Notes under the pieces: model-generated
The model's database searches: none
What the model was told of the DNA's origin: nothing
Seen by the model: the letters and a program-made list of their open reading frames with translations, nothing else
Shown: one piece after another, positions 1-14,089 of the stretch
Layout of the letters: each line of letters begins with the position of its first letter
Position numbering within the stretch: the first letter of the stretch is position 1
Source of the DNA: Octopus vulgaris
Taxonomy: Eukaryota
Assembly: GCA_951406725.2 (NCBI GenBank)
Contig: OX597828.1
Location: 5,270,001 to 5,334,000 of the forward strand
Length of the DNA: 64,000 nucleotides
Direction of reading: 5' to 3'
Translations under genes and position numbers: made by a program

Positions 1-601
1 GTGTTTTATAACGCTTTATGTGTCCAAGGTACTTTCCTTGGACGAAATACCACGGACTAAAAGCGTTTAAACAACACACATACGTTAAGTATATGACATC
101 GATAATGTTTATATCATTAGAACTGCTTCTAGCTCAATCTTTGAATTTTATTTTACTTGTGTGGAGCTGTTGCACATCAGCGGACTGAATAAATTGACCT
201 TTGTACTCCCGTGGATATTTTCCCTTATTCTTGAGTTCGAAATATCTACCAAAGAATAATTAGCATTTGCCTATTTTCCCCACTTTTTTATTTTAGCATA
301 TTTTTGCATTTGATGCAGAATTTCTGCATCCTGCTATACTGTTTTTTTAATTCTGAATCGTTTCATTGCCGTCGTCACATTCTCTCTGTATTACTTTTTT
401 ATAAGTGTTGCGCTTTATATGTTTTTTTCCCTTTTAACACGAAATTTCGTGCATGCTTTCCTATCTTTTTTATTGTATCTTACATTATTGTATTTTATCG
501 CTGACGTTTTGCTATTACACCTAGACTGAGGTGACTGGATTGCATTCTTTTTCATTACCCCTATTCACACTCACACATACTTACATATGAATCTATAAAT
601 G

Positions 602-638
<37 letters not shown>

Positions 639-667
639 TGTGTGTGTGTGTGTGTATATATGTATGC

Positions 668-717
<50 letters not shown>

Positions 718-1803
718 CATTATATAAAAGGGCTTAGTAAAATAAATTACTTTGCCACATACTGAACTCATTAGAAATAGCAGCTAATTGTTGAAATTAT
801 ATATATATATATATATATATATGCATCCATTTAATCATTTTTTATTTTCCTATATCTGTTCACTTATTCATCCATCTTTTGTTGTTTTCTGTCGCTTTTG
901 TTTTATGTTTATTTTGCTTCATTTACTCTCGTCATTTAGCACCTGTATAATTCACTATACCACCCTCCCTCTAAATGATTGCTCATCCTACCATTGCAGC
1001 CGTATCAATGATAACTAGTCATATATGTTAAGGCTTATGTTGTTTTGGTAATACTGTGAATTTAAATGTTATAATTTATTCATTTAGTTATATCTAATCT
1101 CTGAATTCTAGCTCTAAATATCATTGTTAAGTGTCATGATATGAATCCTCATAACTAATTAGACAGATATCTACACTTTACATTTAAATCAATCAGATTT
1201 GGCCTAGCAGCCTTCGGTTTGTGTATGTCCAAACACCTCCCTTGGCATAGCGTCCAATATTATATAGTAGTAAGCGCCACCATTCCTAACGAAGTTGTTG
1301 GGTATCAAATTTATATACTCAATGTTAATTGTATTCACCCATTAGAAGTGAGGACATGACCAAAACATTATTTTGGCAAGCATCCAAAATGCAGTAGTAA
1401 TTGCACTAAGTCGGCCGCTGACCCTCACGAAGTTGTTGGATATGAAATTTCTATACTGAATATTTATACTATTCATCCATGATTAGGGAGAACAAAAGCC
1501 TGAGGCCGGGGTCTAGAAACAGGCAACCTCGATCTGTATAAGTGCTACACTGAAGAAATTTCTTCCTCTTTCCTTCGTTTCTGTTCTTTTCTCTTTTCTT
1601 CTATTCCTTTCGTTTGACAATTGATTTGCTGAACTATAAAATCGCACTGCAACATCCGTTTACAATATTTTCAATCCAGCTGTCGAATGATTGATTAAAT
1701 TGAACCATGAACGTACACAAAATGCATATCAGAAACAGCTGTAAGTCTACAATGCCCAAACAAATGTATACAACCCATTATTTATGCGTATATATGTACA
1801 CGT

Positions 1804-1911
<108 letters not shown>

Positions 1912-3629
1912 GTGTGTGTGTTTACAAATACATTACATGTGAGCTTATCTTTACATACATGCAACCATTAACGAATGGTTTCTTTATGAAACAAGAGGAA
2001 TTGTGTGGAAAATAAAATGATGAAGAAACTAGACTATTATTGCCAGGTATAGAGATGAGAATCAAAGCCAAAACAGTTGATTCTCTCTAATGCAACCCAG
2101 TTCTTTAAATAAAAGTTCATTCTATCTTATTAGATTCTTCTGAATCTCGTCAGCAGAAACACATTTGCTTTCTATGCAATAAACAAGTAGACCATCTAAG
2201 CTGTGCACCAACTACACGACGTGATGATAGTTTTGAATTTGGACAATTTCTTTAATTACACAACAGTAGATGAAATTCATAGAAAAATGCTAGCTAGACT
2301 GGTTTCCTATTTCTTGGAATAGCACTCTAATTCTTAAAGATGCTACGTACTACAGATATCTATGTTGACATAATCTACTGCAGAGTATCAAATGTGATTG
2401 AAAGAAAGCGATGGCCAGTCATAGCCAATTGAGAATAGTCACGTACTTACAGAAATCAATCAGTTGAGTAAATGGTGTTTACGGATCTCAATGTTGGAAA
2501 TGATTAATGTTTTACTTCGTATTGGTAAAAGAAATAAAATTAGAAAACATTTAAACAAAACAGAAGTTCAAGACAGAATACAAAATGGCGACTAATATTT
2601 GGATGAGTGTTAAAACATGTAGACATATAAAAATCATTTAATTTTCAGAGGAATTACAAAGATCGTCATATTAGCATGAACTGCATTTGAGAATAAGGAA
2701 AAATAATACAACAAAGAAAATAGAAATAGCAAAATTATATTACAGTCTCCAAAGAATGTTATTCAGAAAGGAATATGAGATGAGGTAGAAAAAAATTGGA
2801 TGCGATGAATTGCGTGTAAGAAAGGCGAAGTATACGCTATCATAGAAATGTAAATTGATAGAGATGTAGTATGGAAACTCTAAAAACGGAAAATTTGAAA
2901 TGATGCATTAGCGTTATTAATACAGTCATCTGAAATATTATTGAATGCTCAAAGTTGAGTAATATACTTGTAGCAACAAATAGGCTATTAACTATGCGTA
3001 GCATTTCAGCTACCAAAATATCAAACAACTTAGGGTGATATTTCAATTTGGAGAGCTCGATTTCGTCACAAATAATTTTGATAAAATATAAAGTCAAAAG
3101 AAAAATGTTACCTCGTATTTATTGTATTGCAGTGAAATTTGTAGTGTTGCAGTAAATAAGTTACAAACAGCTCTTCCACTAATATGACAAAGATATATGT
3201 TTAGCTTAAGTCGCATTTATACTTGATACCATACACCAGGCCAAAACAGTAAGATTGTCGCATACATTTAAATAAAAAAATTAATGAATATTATAGTGGT
3301 TGTTATTTCTTCGGCCGTCCCTTGTACTAGACACTTGCTTTTGAACTGCTGACTTCTCCGTGCTATATGTAGGATGATTCAACAGTATGCGTAGCAGCCG
3401 TAAAACTGGAAGTGAATGTGCTTAAAGTGGTCGATCACACTGCAGAATATAGTGATGACAAAAACGCCTATCATTTGTATTAAGAAACACTCAAAACATA
3501 GTGATCGTTTGAAGAACACTCAAACATATACTGATTAACAGAATCTTATGGCGCCAATAAGCCAATCAGTTACATTATTTGCAAACTAAGATTAACAACA
3601 AAATATGTTTTATAATGATTAGTCAATTT

Positions 3630-3800
3630 ACTTGCATGATAAAATTTCTCTTCGTGGTTTATATAAAATCATATCTTCATGATTTATATAAATCAAATCT
3701 TCATGACTTATATAAATCATATCCTTAAATCCATATCTTAATGACTTATATAGATCATATCTGCATGATTTATGTAAATCATATCTTCATGATATATACA
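3630..3800. repeat. Degenerate minisatellite, ~24-bp unit (TCTTCATGATTTATATAAATCATA)
   Basis: About 6-7 diverged tandem copies are visible, e.g. atatcttcatgatttatataaatc / aatcttcatgacttatataaatcat / atctgcatgatttatgtaaatcat. Confidence 0.8.
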
Positions 3801-5599
3801 AACTATAATAAAATTCTTTACTCAATGGATCTGTTTCATAGTAAGTGGGATACAATACGCAGGAATAGTTATCAGTAAGAGTTATTGTAGACTATTTTTA
3901 AGGAATATATGATCTGAAAATATATACATCATAATTTTATAATATAACAACCAATGAGATGCTACAGAGTAAATGTTTCTATTTATATGGAAGAAAGAGG
4001 TTAACTGTTGGTCACAACAATTGCCACTATATAATGGTATTTAACTACCGATCATTATACGTTTCGTTCACACAGACACACATACAGAGTGTGTATACAT
4101 AACTGAAGTTTGTAAATGTTCATGCGCGTGTAATGTGATTATTTATATATTAAAATCCAGATTATCTGGGTTTATACAAAGACACAGTGAATTTGAAACA
4201 AAGATCAAATGTTCTTGACTTATCCACTGAACCAATAAAATTAAATCCACTGTAGCAAGAATTTGGTATTTCAAATGAGAATGTATAATCATTTGATATT
4301 ATATCTCCATATATTAAAGTTATAGATTAATTGGTATCTGATAGAAATGAACTAGCATATAACACTAATCTCAAGTGGTATGTTTTACTTGAAATTTTTG
4401 TTGGGTGACTTCGATGAAAAGATTTTGATTATTCTTGAAATAGGAGGATATTCATAATATCTAATTCATTTTCTCACACATACCTTACACACACACACCG
4501 ACACACGGTACCTAGTTGACATACAAACTAATCAAATTCAGCTATTTCTCTGTATATTGAACAAAATTATGAACAGCCTAAGTTGAACAGCCTTTATTGA
4601 GACCTTATCGGAGATGTCTACATCACTCGACCTATGCCAGATTAACAAGTATCCATTTATATATGATCGAACAGACTTCAAAACGACCGACTGGTTTTGG
4701 TCTGCGACGGCAGGAGACATTGTGTAGTAAAATCGATGAATTGAGTACAGTGAACTTGCTGCGAGGAGTTGAAAATCCAACGTTTCGTATAATGTTTTTC
4801 TTCAAGATCAGAATGAAAGGAGAGAAATATATGTGAGGCAGGAGAGTCTTACATTCGCTAAGGTAAAAGCACTGGCCTCAGGCAACTTTTTCAAAACACA
4901 AATCGTGACTCTTGTGTCCCTTTTGAAAGTTTCTTACTTTCCCTCGATCAATAGAAGTAAAAAATAAGTATGTACACCCATGTATTGATTTCTATATATC
5001 TATTTTTTTTTCCACAAAATTTGTGTAGATGTGTGTGTATGTGTGCGTGTGTGTGTGCATGCGTGCTGTACGTGTTGTGTGTGAGCTGAAGAGAGGCACA
5101 TATGTATAGGCACAAACAAACAAACACACACACACGCACACGCTCATGCATATATTGTTCCGTTATTGGTGGGGATAAGCAAAAACGTACTCCATCCAGT
5201 GAAATTTAATAATCAAAGTAATTCAGCATGTACTTCTATAAGTTTCATACTGTGAAAATACAAAAACTGGCTAGCTTATATAGCAAGTCTTGTGATTCCA
5301 AGCACATTTTCAGTCTGAAATATACAACGTGGCTGGTTTTTCCCTGAAACCCCCCCCCCCACAAAACACGCTGGAATTTTGAGGAACGCCGATAAAGGAC
5401 GAGAGGAAGATAAGAAACAAAATTTGAATGAGGAAAAAGCAAAAAGTGGACAGTGGAAAAGAATATACCTGCACCGCGAAATAATCTATAACTTAGGATA
5501 CTTCTGGCGAAAGATGAAGTCTTGGTGAAGCGAATGCGACAAAAGGCCTTATTTTAGAGGGTGAGCTAATGTCCACTGCAACAGAAAGTTATAACTTAA

Positions 5600-7450
5600 A
5601 GATATGTATATACTCACCCACGGTAAAATATATCAACCCATTTGAAGAAGATTTTCTAGATATTATAGCAAATAAAAGAGTCCATAAATATTCTAATCCT
5701 TTCTAAGTTACACTAGAAATCTTGTATTAAAATCTTAAAAGTTTGTATTTTCTAATATGGCCAGTAAACCGTAGCATGGTACGTTGCTAAATGATCCTTT
5801 TTTTCCACTAAATATAAGAAAGGCAACATAGATAGATACAATGATTTAAACAAAGAAGATAAATTTTCGCTAACCGAAGTAAAATTGATGATGAGTCAGA
5901 ATGTTTAGCTAAATGGAAGCTAAAATTAGTCGATAAGGTGTCGATGGTTTAGGTATTTCATACAGTTGTGATAGATCCTATACTTGATAAATTTAGGAAA
6001 AATCGCATATACCAGTTATGATCAACAAGTATCCGGACTGTTGCCATAGTAACGAAGCCAAAGCACGTAAAGTAAAGTCGTTACTTAAAATGTGAACTCT
6101 GCTGTGCATGCGCATTACATTTTAACGTTGAAAGTCACTACTGCATTTTACAGCAGTGCTTGGAAAGGAAGGTGTGTAGCGTGTTCTCATCGCATTGACC
6201 ATAGTAGAGAAAATTGTCATGCCAATACCTGCTGAGAGGTCTACACAAAGTTGCAGAAAGTGTATGAGCCTCACACAAGTGTACGAGAGGTTCAGACGTT
6301 TCCGAGATGGCCGAAAAATATCGATATTGACGAAGGTTCTGGGAGACCCATAACTGAGACAAACATCGCATATGTGCATGCAGCTGCGAGAGGAAATCGT
6401 CGAATCCCCATCCATGATTTATCATAGGAAGTGCAGATTAGTTATGGTTCAGTCCATTATCACTGAAGTTTTGTGTATGAGATGCGTGTCTGCCAAGTTT
6501 GTGCCAAAACTGTTTTTAGCTGATCAAAAAGACACTCGGGTTTCAGTTGTATAAGATCACATTGTAAAAACGTTGCGTGGACCTCTGAGCAGGTATCGCC
6601 AAGCTTTTGGCAAAATTTGATGCAGATTCTCTGCTCGACTTTCTCTGTTATGTTTAATGCAACGAACACACGCTACACATGTTTTTTTCAAGCACTGCTG
6701 TAAACAGCGGAAGTGAGCTAGTACGTTAAAACTTACTGCGCATGGACATCAGTATTCAAGATAAATATGTACCAAGTGTCTTTACTCTGCGTACTTTAGC
6801 TTCGTTACTATGGTAATCAGACCACGTATAGTCAATTGGGCCTCAGTATTACTGTAAACACTAATATCTCTGCAGTCAACTTCTTAAATGTTTCTTGTGA
6901 CCTAAATATGTGCTCTTATAAACCTTCTAGCATACCGAATAAGAAGCTCACGTATAAATATGAACAGTCGTGTCAACTTAGCAGTCGTCAAAAACCTTAT
7001 AACTAATATCGGTAATTGGATATCTGATCTTCTGGGGAAATATTTAGTAAATAGTACTGTAATAATGCCCTGAATAACAGTGGATTCGGGGATAAGATAC
7101 CTTAAGTCTATAATTAAAAATACGAAACCTGAAAATCAAATCTAGGAAGTTAATATCGCTGCTCCTTCTTTATTAATGTTAAGACGAACGTAAGTAGGAA
7201 ATTATTGGTTTTAATAGATAGGCTTTTGTAGCTAACCACAGATACATGAAAACGTGTAAAACTGAAAGCTGCATGTATCTGTTGTCCAAATATGATTGAT
7301 TTTATGCGAAGGTGATTTAAAAAAAAAAGAATTGCGAACCGTCAAACTTTTCTGCAACAGGTGGATAACAAGAAATCTACTAAGTTAGCCATATTAGGCA
7401 TCTGAAGGCTTACTGCACACCACACACCACCAGGAAGAACATCGTGGATC
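5600..7450 (+). mobile_element. Highly decayed Penelope-like element fragments, interrupted by the mariner at 6019-6826
   Basis: Frameshifted peptide remnants resemble PLE ORF regions: FEEDFLDII...SNPF (5640-5700), VNFLNV..DL...YKP (6875-6930) and F..NVKTNV.RK...LIDR...HRY...CPNM (7160-7295). Confidence 0.55.
6019..6826. mobile_element. Rearranged non-autonomous mariner made of two transposase 5' ends in inverted orientation
   Basis: The + arm encodes MSLTQVYERFRRFRDGR..GSGRP and SAKFVPKLFLADQK; the - arm encodes EQRICIKFCQKLG. The arms are reverse-complement homologous for ~250 bp, sharing ccatagtaacgaagc..aaag and tttacagcagtgcttg. TA follows the right end. Confidence 0.8.
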
Positions 7451-8039
7451 GATTCACCACATGTACTGATGGATCAAAGTGATGCAGATTTCGTGTAGCC
7501 GGAATAACGCAAATTTCTTCTTAAAATTTAAGAACTCTATGGACCTGATAAATTCCAAATCTAATACCTTTATTGAATGTAGATATTTTTCGAACTGGAG
7601 GACACCAACTCTCCGGTTTAAACAAGCAATCACACAAACTTTCAATGTATCAGGTTGCACCAAACTTATTAATCTTGAACTGAACATCATCAACATTCTG
7701 ATTTAAACGAATGAGGTAAGTCTTTTCTTTCCCTTTTTTTCCCTCACTTGATTGATTCTACTTTTATCGTTCGAATTTTTGCCTTTAAATTCATTGTTTA
7801 TTCGAATCTGAATGATTCAGTGGAAACACACGTCTTGGTATGTAAGCTTGCCCGTTTATTGTGAAGCTAAATGTAAATAACACACGAAACTAACAGTAGC
7901 TCATATTTAAATATGGTGGATGTATATTCCCTTCTTTCCTGAGCGTCAATAATACTTTAATTGTTCCACGTCCTGCGTTGCTGTGTTTTTTTCTTTTTTC
8001 TGTGTTTTCTTGTTTGGATTAACTTTATATATATATATA

Positions 8040-8750
8040 CAAGGGGAAGTCAAAAGTTAACCGCACATTCGATATGACTTATCTTTATTCTTGTCACACT
8101 GCATTCTGCGCATGCATGCTTATAGCTGGTACTATTGTGGTCACGTGATGTACGTTTGAGCCTGATCACGCCATTGATTTCTTTCTGGCTTTACAGTGTA
8201 AGCATAGGCGCTCCACTAGCAATTTGCACCAAAGGAGAACAAAAAGTAATGATCCAATTTCTCTGGAAAAGGGGGTATAAGATCAACAGTGCAAGATGCA
8301 ATGATCTGCTGGCCAACAAACGGGAGCCAGTAATTCTCACCAAACGCCGAAGCCAATTGCCGGAGAAAGTTTTTTTATTGCATGAAATTGCACACCCACG
8401 CACGGCCATCCAGACCGTTGAACCCGTTAACCAATTATATGCTGAGGTGCTGGAAGACGCTGCCTAGAGTCCAGATCTCGCCCCTTCCGACTATCATATA
8501 TTTGTACTGTTCAAAGATGGTTTACGAAATTGTCGATATCCTATGGATGAAAATATGAAGGAAGCAGCGTATCAATGGTTATACGCCTAACCGAAAACCT
8601 TTTTCTTGGAGGGAATACGTAAATTTGTTGACCAATGGACCAAGTGCATCGAAAAGGAAGAAGACTATATAGAACAATAACCTACTTGTTTATCCCCAGC
8701 TTTTGTGTAAATATATTGAAAAAACAAGATAGCGTATAATTTTTGACTCG
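8040..8750 (+). mobile_element. Internally deleted mariner (DD34D-type) remnant
   Basis: N-terminal APLAICTKGEQKVMIQFLW is joined to C-terminal LLHEIAHP...*SPDLAPSDYHIF...WTKCIEKEEDYIE. Degenerate TIRs read agtcaaaagttaaccgc / gcgtataatttttgact, within (TA)n. Confidence 0.88.
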
Positions 8751-9549
8751 TATATATATATTGACAAAGGGTTGAAACTGGAAGACACAAAAGTTATGTA
8801 ATGGAATTCATTAGCTCACAGCTATTTCTGTTATAAGGGTTCCTGGGTAATATCTTATATGAGAGCCTTGAATATGAAGTGCATTTTATTTGGGGAAGTT
8901 ACATTTTCAGATCATACAGGTGTTAGAAGTGAGGATGTTAGTGTTGATGCCTATGGAAAGATCTATAAAATTGTAGAAAAGTATGCGAATATAAGCATGC
9001 GCTTATACCAGAATGAAATAAAAAAAAGCAGCGATCTTTCGTAGACACATAGTCACTCAGCAAAAGCAGAGATACATGGGTAGATGCGCACACGTATATG
9101 CACTCACGCCACATACACACATACACACACACACAAACACATCTATATTTATATGCGTCCTTGCAAAATATATTCATACGCACGGCGTCATCGTTTTATT
9201 TATATTACCACACTCTACACATGTAACATTGTGTTCTCGACCATATGTATATTGAGTCCTACACCAAGGTATTAGTCTCGCTATACCTAAGCGATATGCA
9301 TACATATTAAATAATAAATCGTATGGTATACACCTGGTAGCTTACCGTTAAAGCATGATCATTTTCATAGTATTTATTGGCAATTGAATAATGAAAGAGA
9401 TGGAACATGGAAGATACGAGAATGTTTGTTGGTCACCCATCTAGCATCGATCCCACACGGATGGAATACATGACATGCCGATCCTTTTTATGAATACTTT
9501 CTTTTATGTGTTATAGTTCTAGAGATATTTCGTGAAACAATATTTGCTG

Positions 9550-9606
<57 letters not shown>

Positions 9607-10282
9607 GGAACTGAGAGAGAGAGAGAAAGAGAAAGAGAAAGAGAAAGAGTGGAGGAGAGAAAAACGAAGGAAAGAACCTATATTAATTTACTATTTTCAG
9701 GAAAAAGAAATAATGTTTATATCTAAGTAGAATATTGTGTTCCGGTTCCTTATCTATTAAATTTCTGTAGTTGCCGTAATCTGAAATTTGGCACAGTGTG
9801 CAGGTGATATTTGGCACGTACAAAGAAATAGATTTTTAATGTTAGGATGGGATGATAATTTATGTGTCTCTTGCTTTCAATAAAACATTAAAAATAAGAG
9901 TGCAAACTTTTTACGCTAAATAACTAATGAATAAGTGCCGTATTAATGTCAGCAAGCATAACGCTCAGTATGAATTCAAAACGTTCTTTTATTCATTACA
10001 TGAAGAAGTTTTATATAAACAAATGTGTACGGTATAGCATGTAACCCATAAATAACTAAAGTGAAAATTCAAATGTATGTTAATTGGAACTAAATGTGTG
10101 AGAAAAATTAATCAATTTTCTCTCGATCTAATACTTACTCTGCTATTTGAATGAAACACTCTACTTTTCTCTGACGTATAACATCGACAGTTTCCTTGCA
10201 TTCTACAGTGTTACTTCAAACACGCACACACACACGTACGCACACACACACATACGTGCACACACACAGACACACACACACA

Positions 10283-10339
<57 letters not shown>

Positions 10340-10404
10340 AGAGAGAAACTCGCCTATATCCATATAGATATATATATGAATTAAAATATATGCACGCAAA
10401 TCTA

Positions 10405-11291
10405 CTGGAGTGATGGGTTAATTGTTACCATTTTACATTTTTGATTTCACGCATGCGCATTGTTTGTCTTTGATGTTTTCGACTACACAGTATAGTAGGT
10501 TCAGTTGGGCATCTTCTATGAGATAGGCAGCACCATGACGCAGTTCATTCTGCCAGAAATTTGGAAACGACATGCTTCACTGCTTGGCATTTGTGCCGGA
10601 AACTCCAATACGAACATTTCAGAATGTTCAGGTGTCAATCTGAGGACACTGTAATCTGAAGACATGCAACGGAGGAGATAAAAATCAGACATCCAGTCAA
10701 CATCATGGTGTTTGGAGTGATTACTAGTGATGGCAATATTATGCAACTATTTATCTTCCCACACAGACTCAGACTCTACATGGGGGCCTACATCATGTGC
10801 CTGGAAGAGGTAGTGTTGCTCTTGGTCAAAAGGATTGCTGCTAGAAGACCCTATCTCTGGCAACAGGACTCTGCACATTGCCATACAACCAGGAGAACCT
10901 AGTCATGGCTGTAAGACAATTTCTGCGACTGCATCACCATCTCTCCTAACATCTGACCACCTAAATCCCCAGACTCAGCCCCCTTGATTATTATGTGTGG
11001 GGGGCAGCGGAGCGAGAGGCCAACAAAACTCCTAGTAACAACAAAGGTGAACTGAAGGCAAAACTTATGGCAGCATTGCCCAACTTAAACAAAGGAGACC
11101 GTCCAGAAGAGCTGCAGGAGGTTCCGAAATCGTCTGGAGACGATGGTTGAAGCCAATGGCAATTTTATGAAATATATTTACTCTTTAGTATTTCAAGATA
11201 TTTTTACGTAATTTTTGGTAAATATATCTGTTAAAATGAGATGCCATCATTATTGCGTAATTTAGACGAAAGTTTATCCATTGCAACCCTG
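10405..11291 (+). mobile_element. maT/DD37D-like Tc1-mariner remnant with internal deletion
   Basis: HPVNIMVFGVITSDG...WQQDSAHCHT...*PPKSPD..LDYYVWG...CRRFRNRLE..VEANG with stops and frameshifts; degenerate terminal repeats. Confidence 0.85.
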
Positions 11292-11299
11292 TCCACACC

Positions 11300-11348
<49 letters not shown>

Positions 11349-11599
11349 GTGTGTGTGTGAGTAGTATGTATAAATTTTAAATTAAATAAATTCTTTTAAA
11401 TTGATTTATTTAGTTTGTACATTAAACATGAAACTAGACCTGTATTAACCACGCTAACCTTAAAATAGACTTAATTCATTTCGCCTGCCTTACATCATTT
11501 CGTATCAAGGAGAACTGTCGATGTTTTATTAAAAAATTGATCATTCAACACACATGCAAATAAGTTTTTTTAACTGCTCATCTCCCTCTCTCTATATGT

Positions 11600-13473
11600 A
11601 TGCCAGTAGAGATACTCGACGTTGCCTGTGTTACATGGAACTGAATAATTAGACTTTAGTTTTGTATTTGCTCTAATGAAATGTAATACATATGTTTCGA
11701 ATTTCATAAAAACTGGAGATTAAGAACTTTAATGCGGGTTCTTTCCCTCTTTACACACCCTAACAAAAATTCTAATCATGACATATTTATCCCACACTAC
11801 TCATCGTTATGCCCAGATTCCAAAATCCACATCTTATAAAACCCAGTCAAAGGTTTTTGCTCCTGGAAAATGGAGTACATGGAGCACATGGAGGTCTAAA
11901 ACGTAGGATTTAAGGCTCCTATTAGTCAACCACAGAAGTCAAACCACAGAAGTGGAATTGTTGGGAATCTTTTTTAATATTATCTTATATCTTGTTCAAA
12001 TTTCTTTGAAATCGGAAATATATGAATGTTTACTGGGTCTGTAAAAGAGTGCAAAGCTAGAGGAAACCAAACGACGAATGATCACAGTCAGCTACCCTAC
12101 CCTAGTCGTTACAACTCTCCAGCGTATGGTTTTTCACCATGCAGGTGATCGGCACAGTCGTAAGATGCATTACGGATCTATAGCAATTGGAAGGGCGTGG
12201 CCAAACTCAACCATTAGCAACTGTGTTACGTGAGGGCTAAGGGAAAATGAAAGTGTCATCTCTGGAGTTTGCGAATGATCACTTTGCCGATAGGTAACTG
12301 AACAGAATAAATTTGCAATATATAAACCTCTTTGAATGACCAATCACCTATCTGGAAAGACCTTGAAATCAGTGTTACAATCTGGGGTCTATCCCTGATC
12401 TAGTGATAATAAAAAGACTCAAAGGATGTCTGCAACCAAATAATTTTACTCAAAATAACACTTTGCAACTGAATCACCTTTACTTGACAATGTATGCACG
12501 ACATTGCAGAAATCACAATCTAAGTATATCTCAAAGCAAACTCTTACACTGGATTACAAATAACGCTCATCTTGTATCCTCGGGTGACTTTACAGTTTCC
12601 AAGACGATAATTGCAAAATGACTATATTGTGGGAGTTAAGCCCCCATTAACGGGTCTTACTAACCTCCATGGAGTTGAAATTTTAGGAATATTACTTCAT
12701 TTATGTCTAATATCTATGGTTAAAATTTCATCAACAGCAAAAATATATGAATGTTCAGTGGGGTTACGGCCTCAGTTATGCCCCCTCACTTTCAACCATA
12801 TACTGCACTACACCCGCCGTTATGTATAGAATACAATTTCCAAATTTCATAAAGATCCATTCAATACTTTTGACCCTGTTTTCGGTCATAAAAATGACTA
12901 AACTTTGGGGGTTAAGGCCCCCATTGGTGGTGGAGTCTTAGAATCCTCATGAGAAGCGGAGACTTTGGGAATACTTCTTGATTTGTGTCAATTACCTATA
13001 GTTGAAATTCATCAACATCGGAAATTTATGAATTTTCATGAGGAAGGTTCTGCCCCTTTTAAACCTCCTCAAATTCAAACCAAATATATTGCATTATAGC
13101 AGTTTTATGCATTGAATCAAAGTTCCAAATATCATCAGGATCCATTCAGTAATTTTAGTCCGTGAAAAATGACTAAAATTTGGGGGTTAAGCCCCAATTA
13201 ACGAATCTTAGAATCATCCAAAGAAATGGATATTGTGGGTATATTTAAAAATTTATTTCTAATACCTATGGTTCGAATTTCATCAAAATCCGAAGCGTAT
13301 GAATTTTCACGGAGGGTTCTGCCACCTCTTATTCCCCCTGAATATTTTATGAAATATACGGAATTACCTTTCTCCCTAGGCTTGGATTTTGTGTTCGAAA
13401 TTTCATCAGAACTGGTCCAGTAGTTTTCGTGTCTGTAAGTAAAACACGAACGCATGAACACACAGACATTGAC

Positions 13474-13480
<7 letters not shown>
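11600..13480 (+). mobile_element. Non-autonomous Helitron-like element with internal ~275-bp tandem repeats
   Basis: The 5' end is ccagtagagatactcgacgttgcctgtg. Repeat units start at ~12615, ~12890 and ~13165 (aaaatgacta...gggggttaagcccc), with related sequence at 11900-12035. The 3' end, aaatttcatcagaactggtccagtagtttt...acagacattgacttttaatata, is typical of such families. The repeats are seen directly; the class is inferred. Confidence 0.55.
12040..12600 (+). mobile_element. Probable decayed RTE-type LINE fragment inside the tandem-repeat element
   Basis: The stretch is unrelated to the flanking units and carries weak remnants: LEFAND (cf. ADD motif), GL..I..K...LQP and a C-terminal C..RHC. 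Confidence 0.35.
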
Positions 13481-13568
<88 letters not shown>

Positions 13569-14089
13569 TTGTATGTATAAATATATGTGTATTTATGAAT
13601 ATACGAATATATGCGTATAAATGTATGGATAGTAAATACCAATTGCGGAAGGATTTTCAGGACGCTTAATTATCAGTATATTACTTCAAACAAATTTAAT
13701 TGTTTATTTATTTATTTATTTATTTATTTATTCATTCAAAGATGACATGCTAAAACAGATAATATGCTAACACAAAAATGAAAATGCATGCAATAATTGT
13801 TGCTATCCCCTGCAGACTATACCAATTTAGAAATTGCCAATATTCTAAATGTTGCAAGATCTTTTGTACACTATGTTCGGAGGTAATTGGAAAACTGAAG
13901 CTGGAATATTTCAAATGTATCAAAGAGGGAAAGGATAAAAGAGGGAGAGAGACAACGAGTAACAAAATGTATTTTTGTTGCTCTCACTGTCTCTGTCTGT
14001 CTCTCTTTTTTTCTCTTCCTCTCTCGCTCTCTCACAGGCATTGGAATACTATAAGTATACCGCAATTCATTGAAAATGTTAAAATCCAC

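Noticed and set aside
3630-3800. Regular short repeats resembling a CRISPR array
   Set aside because: Head-to-tail minisatellite with no unique spacers and no cas genes, in eukaryotic DNA.
7479-7720. ORF followed by a GAG/GTAAGT donor-like site
   Set aside because: No acceptor or homology support, and it lies at the end of a decayed PLE region.
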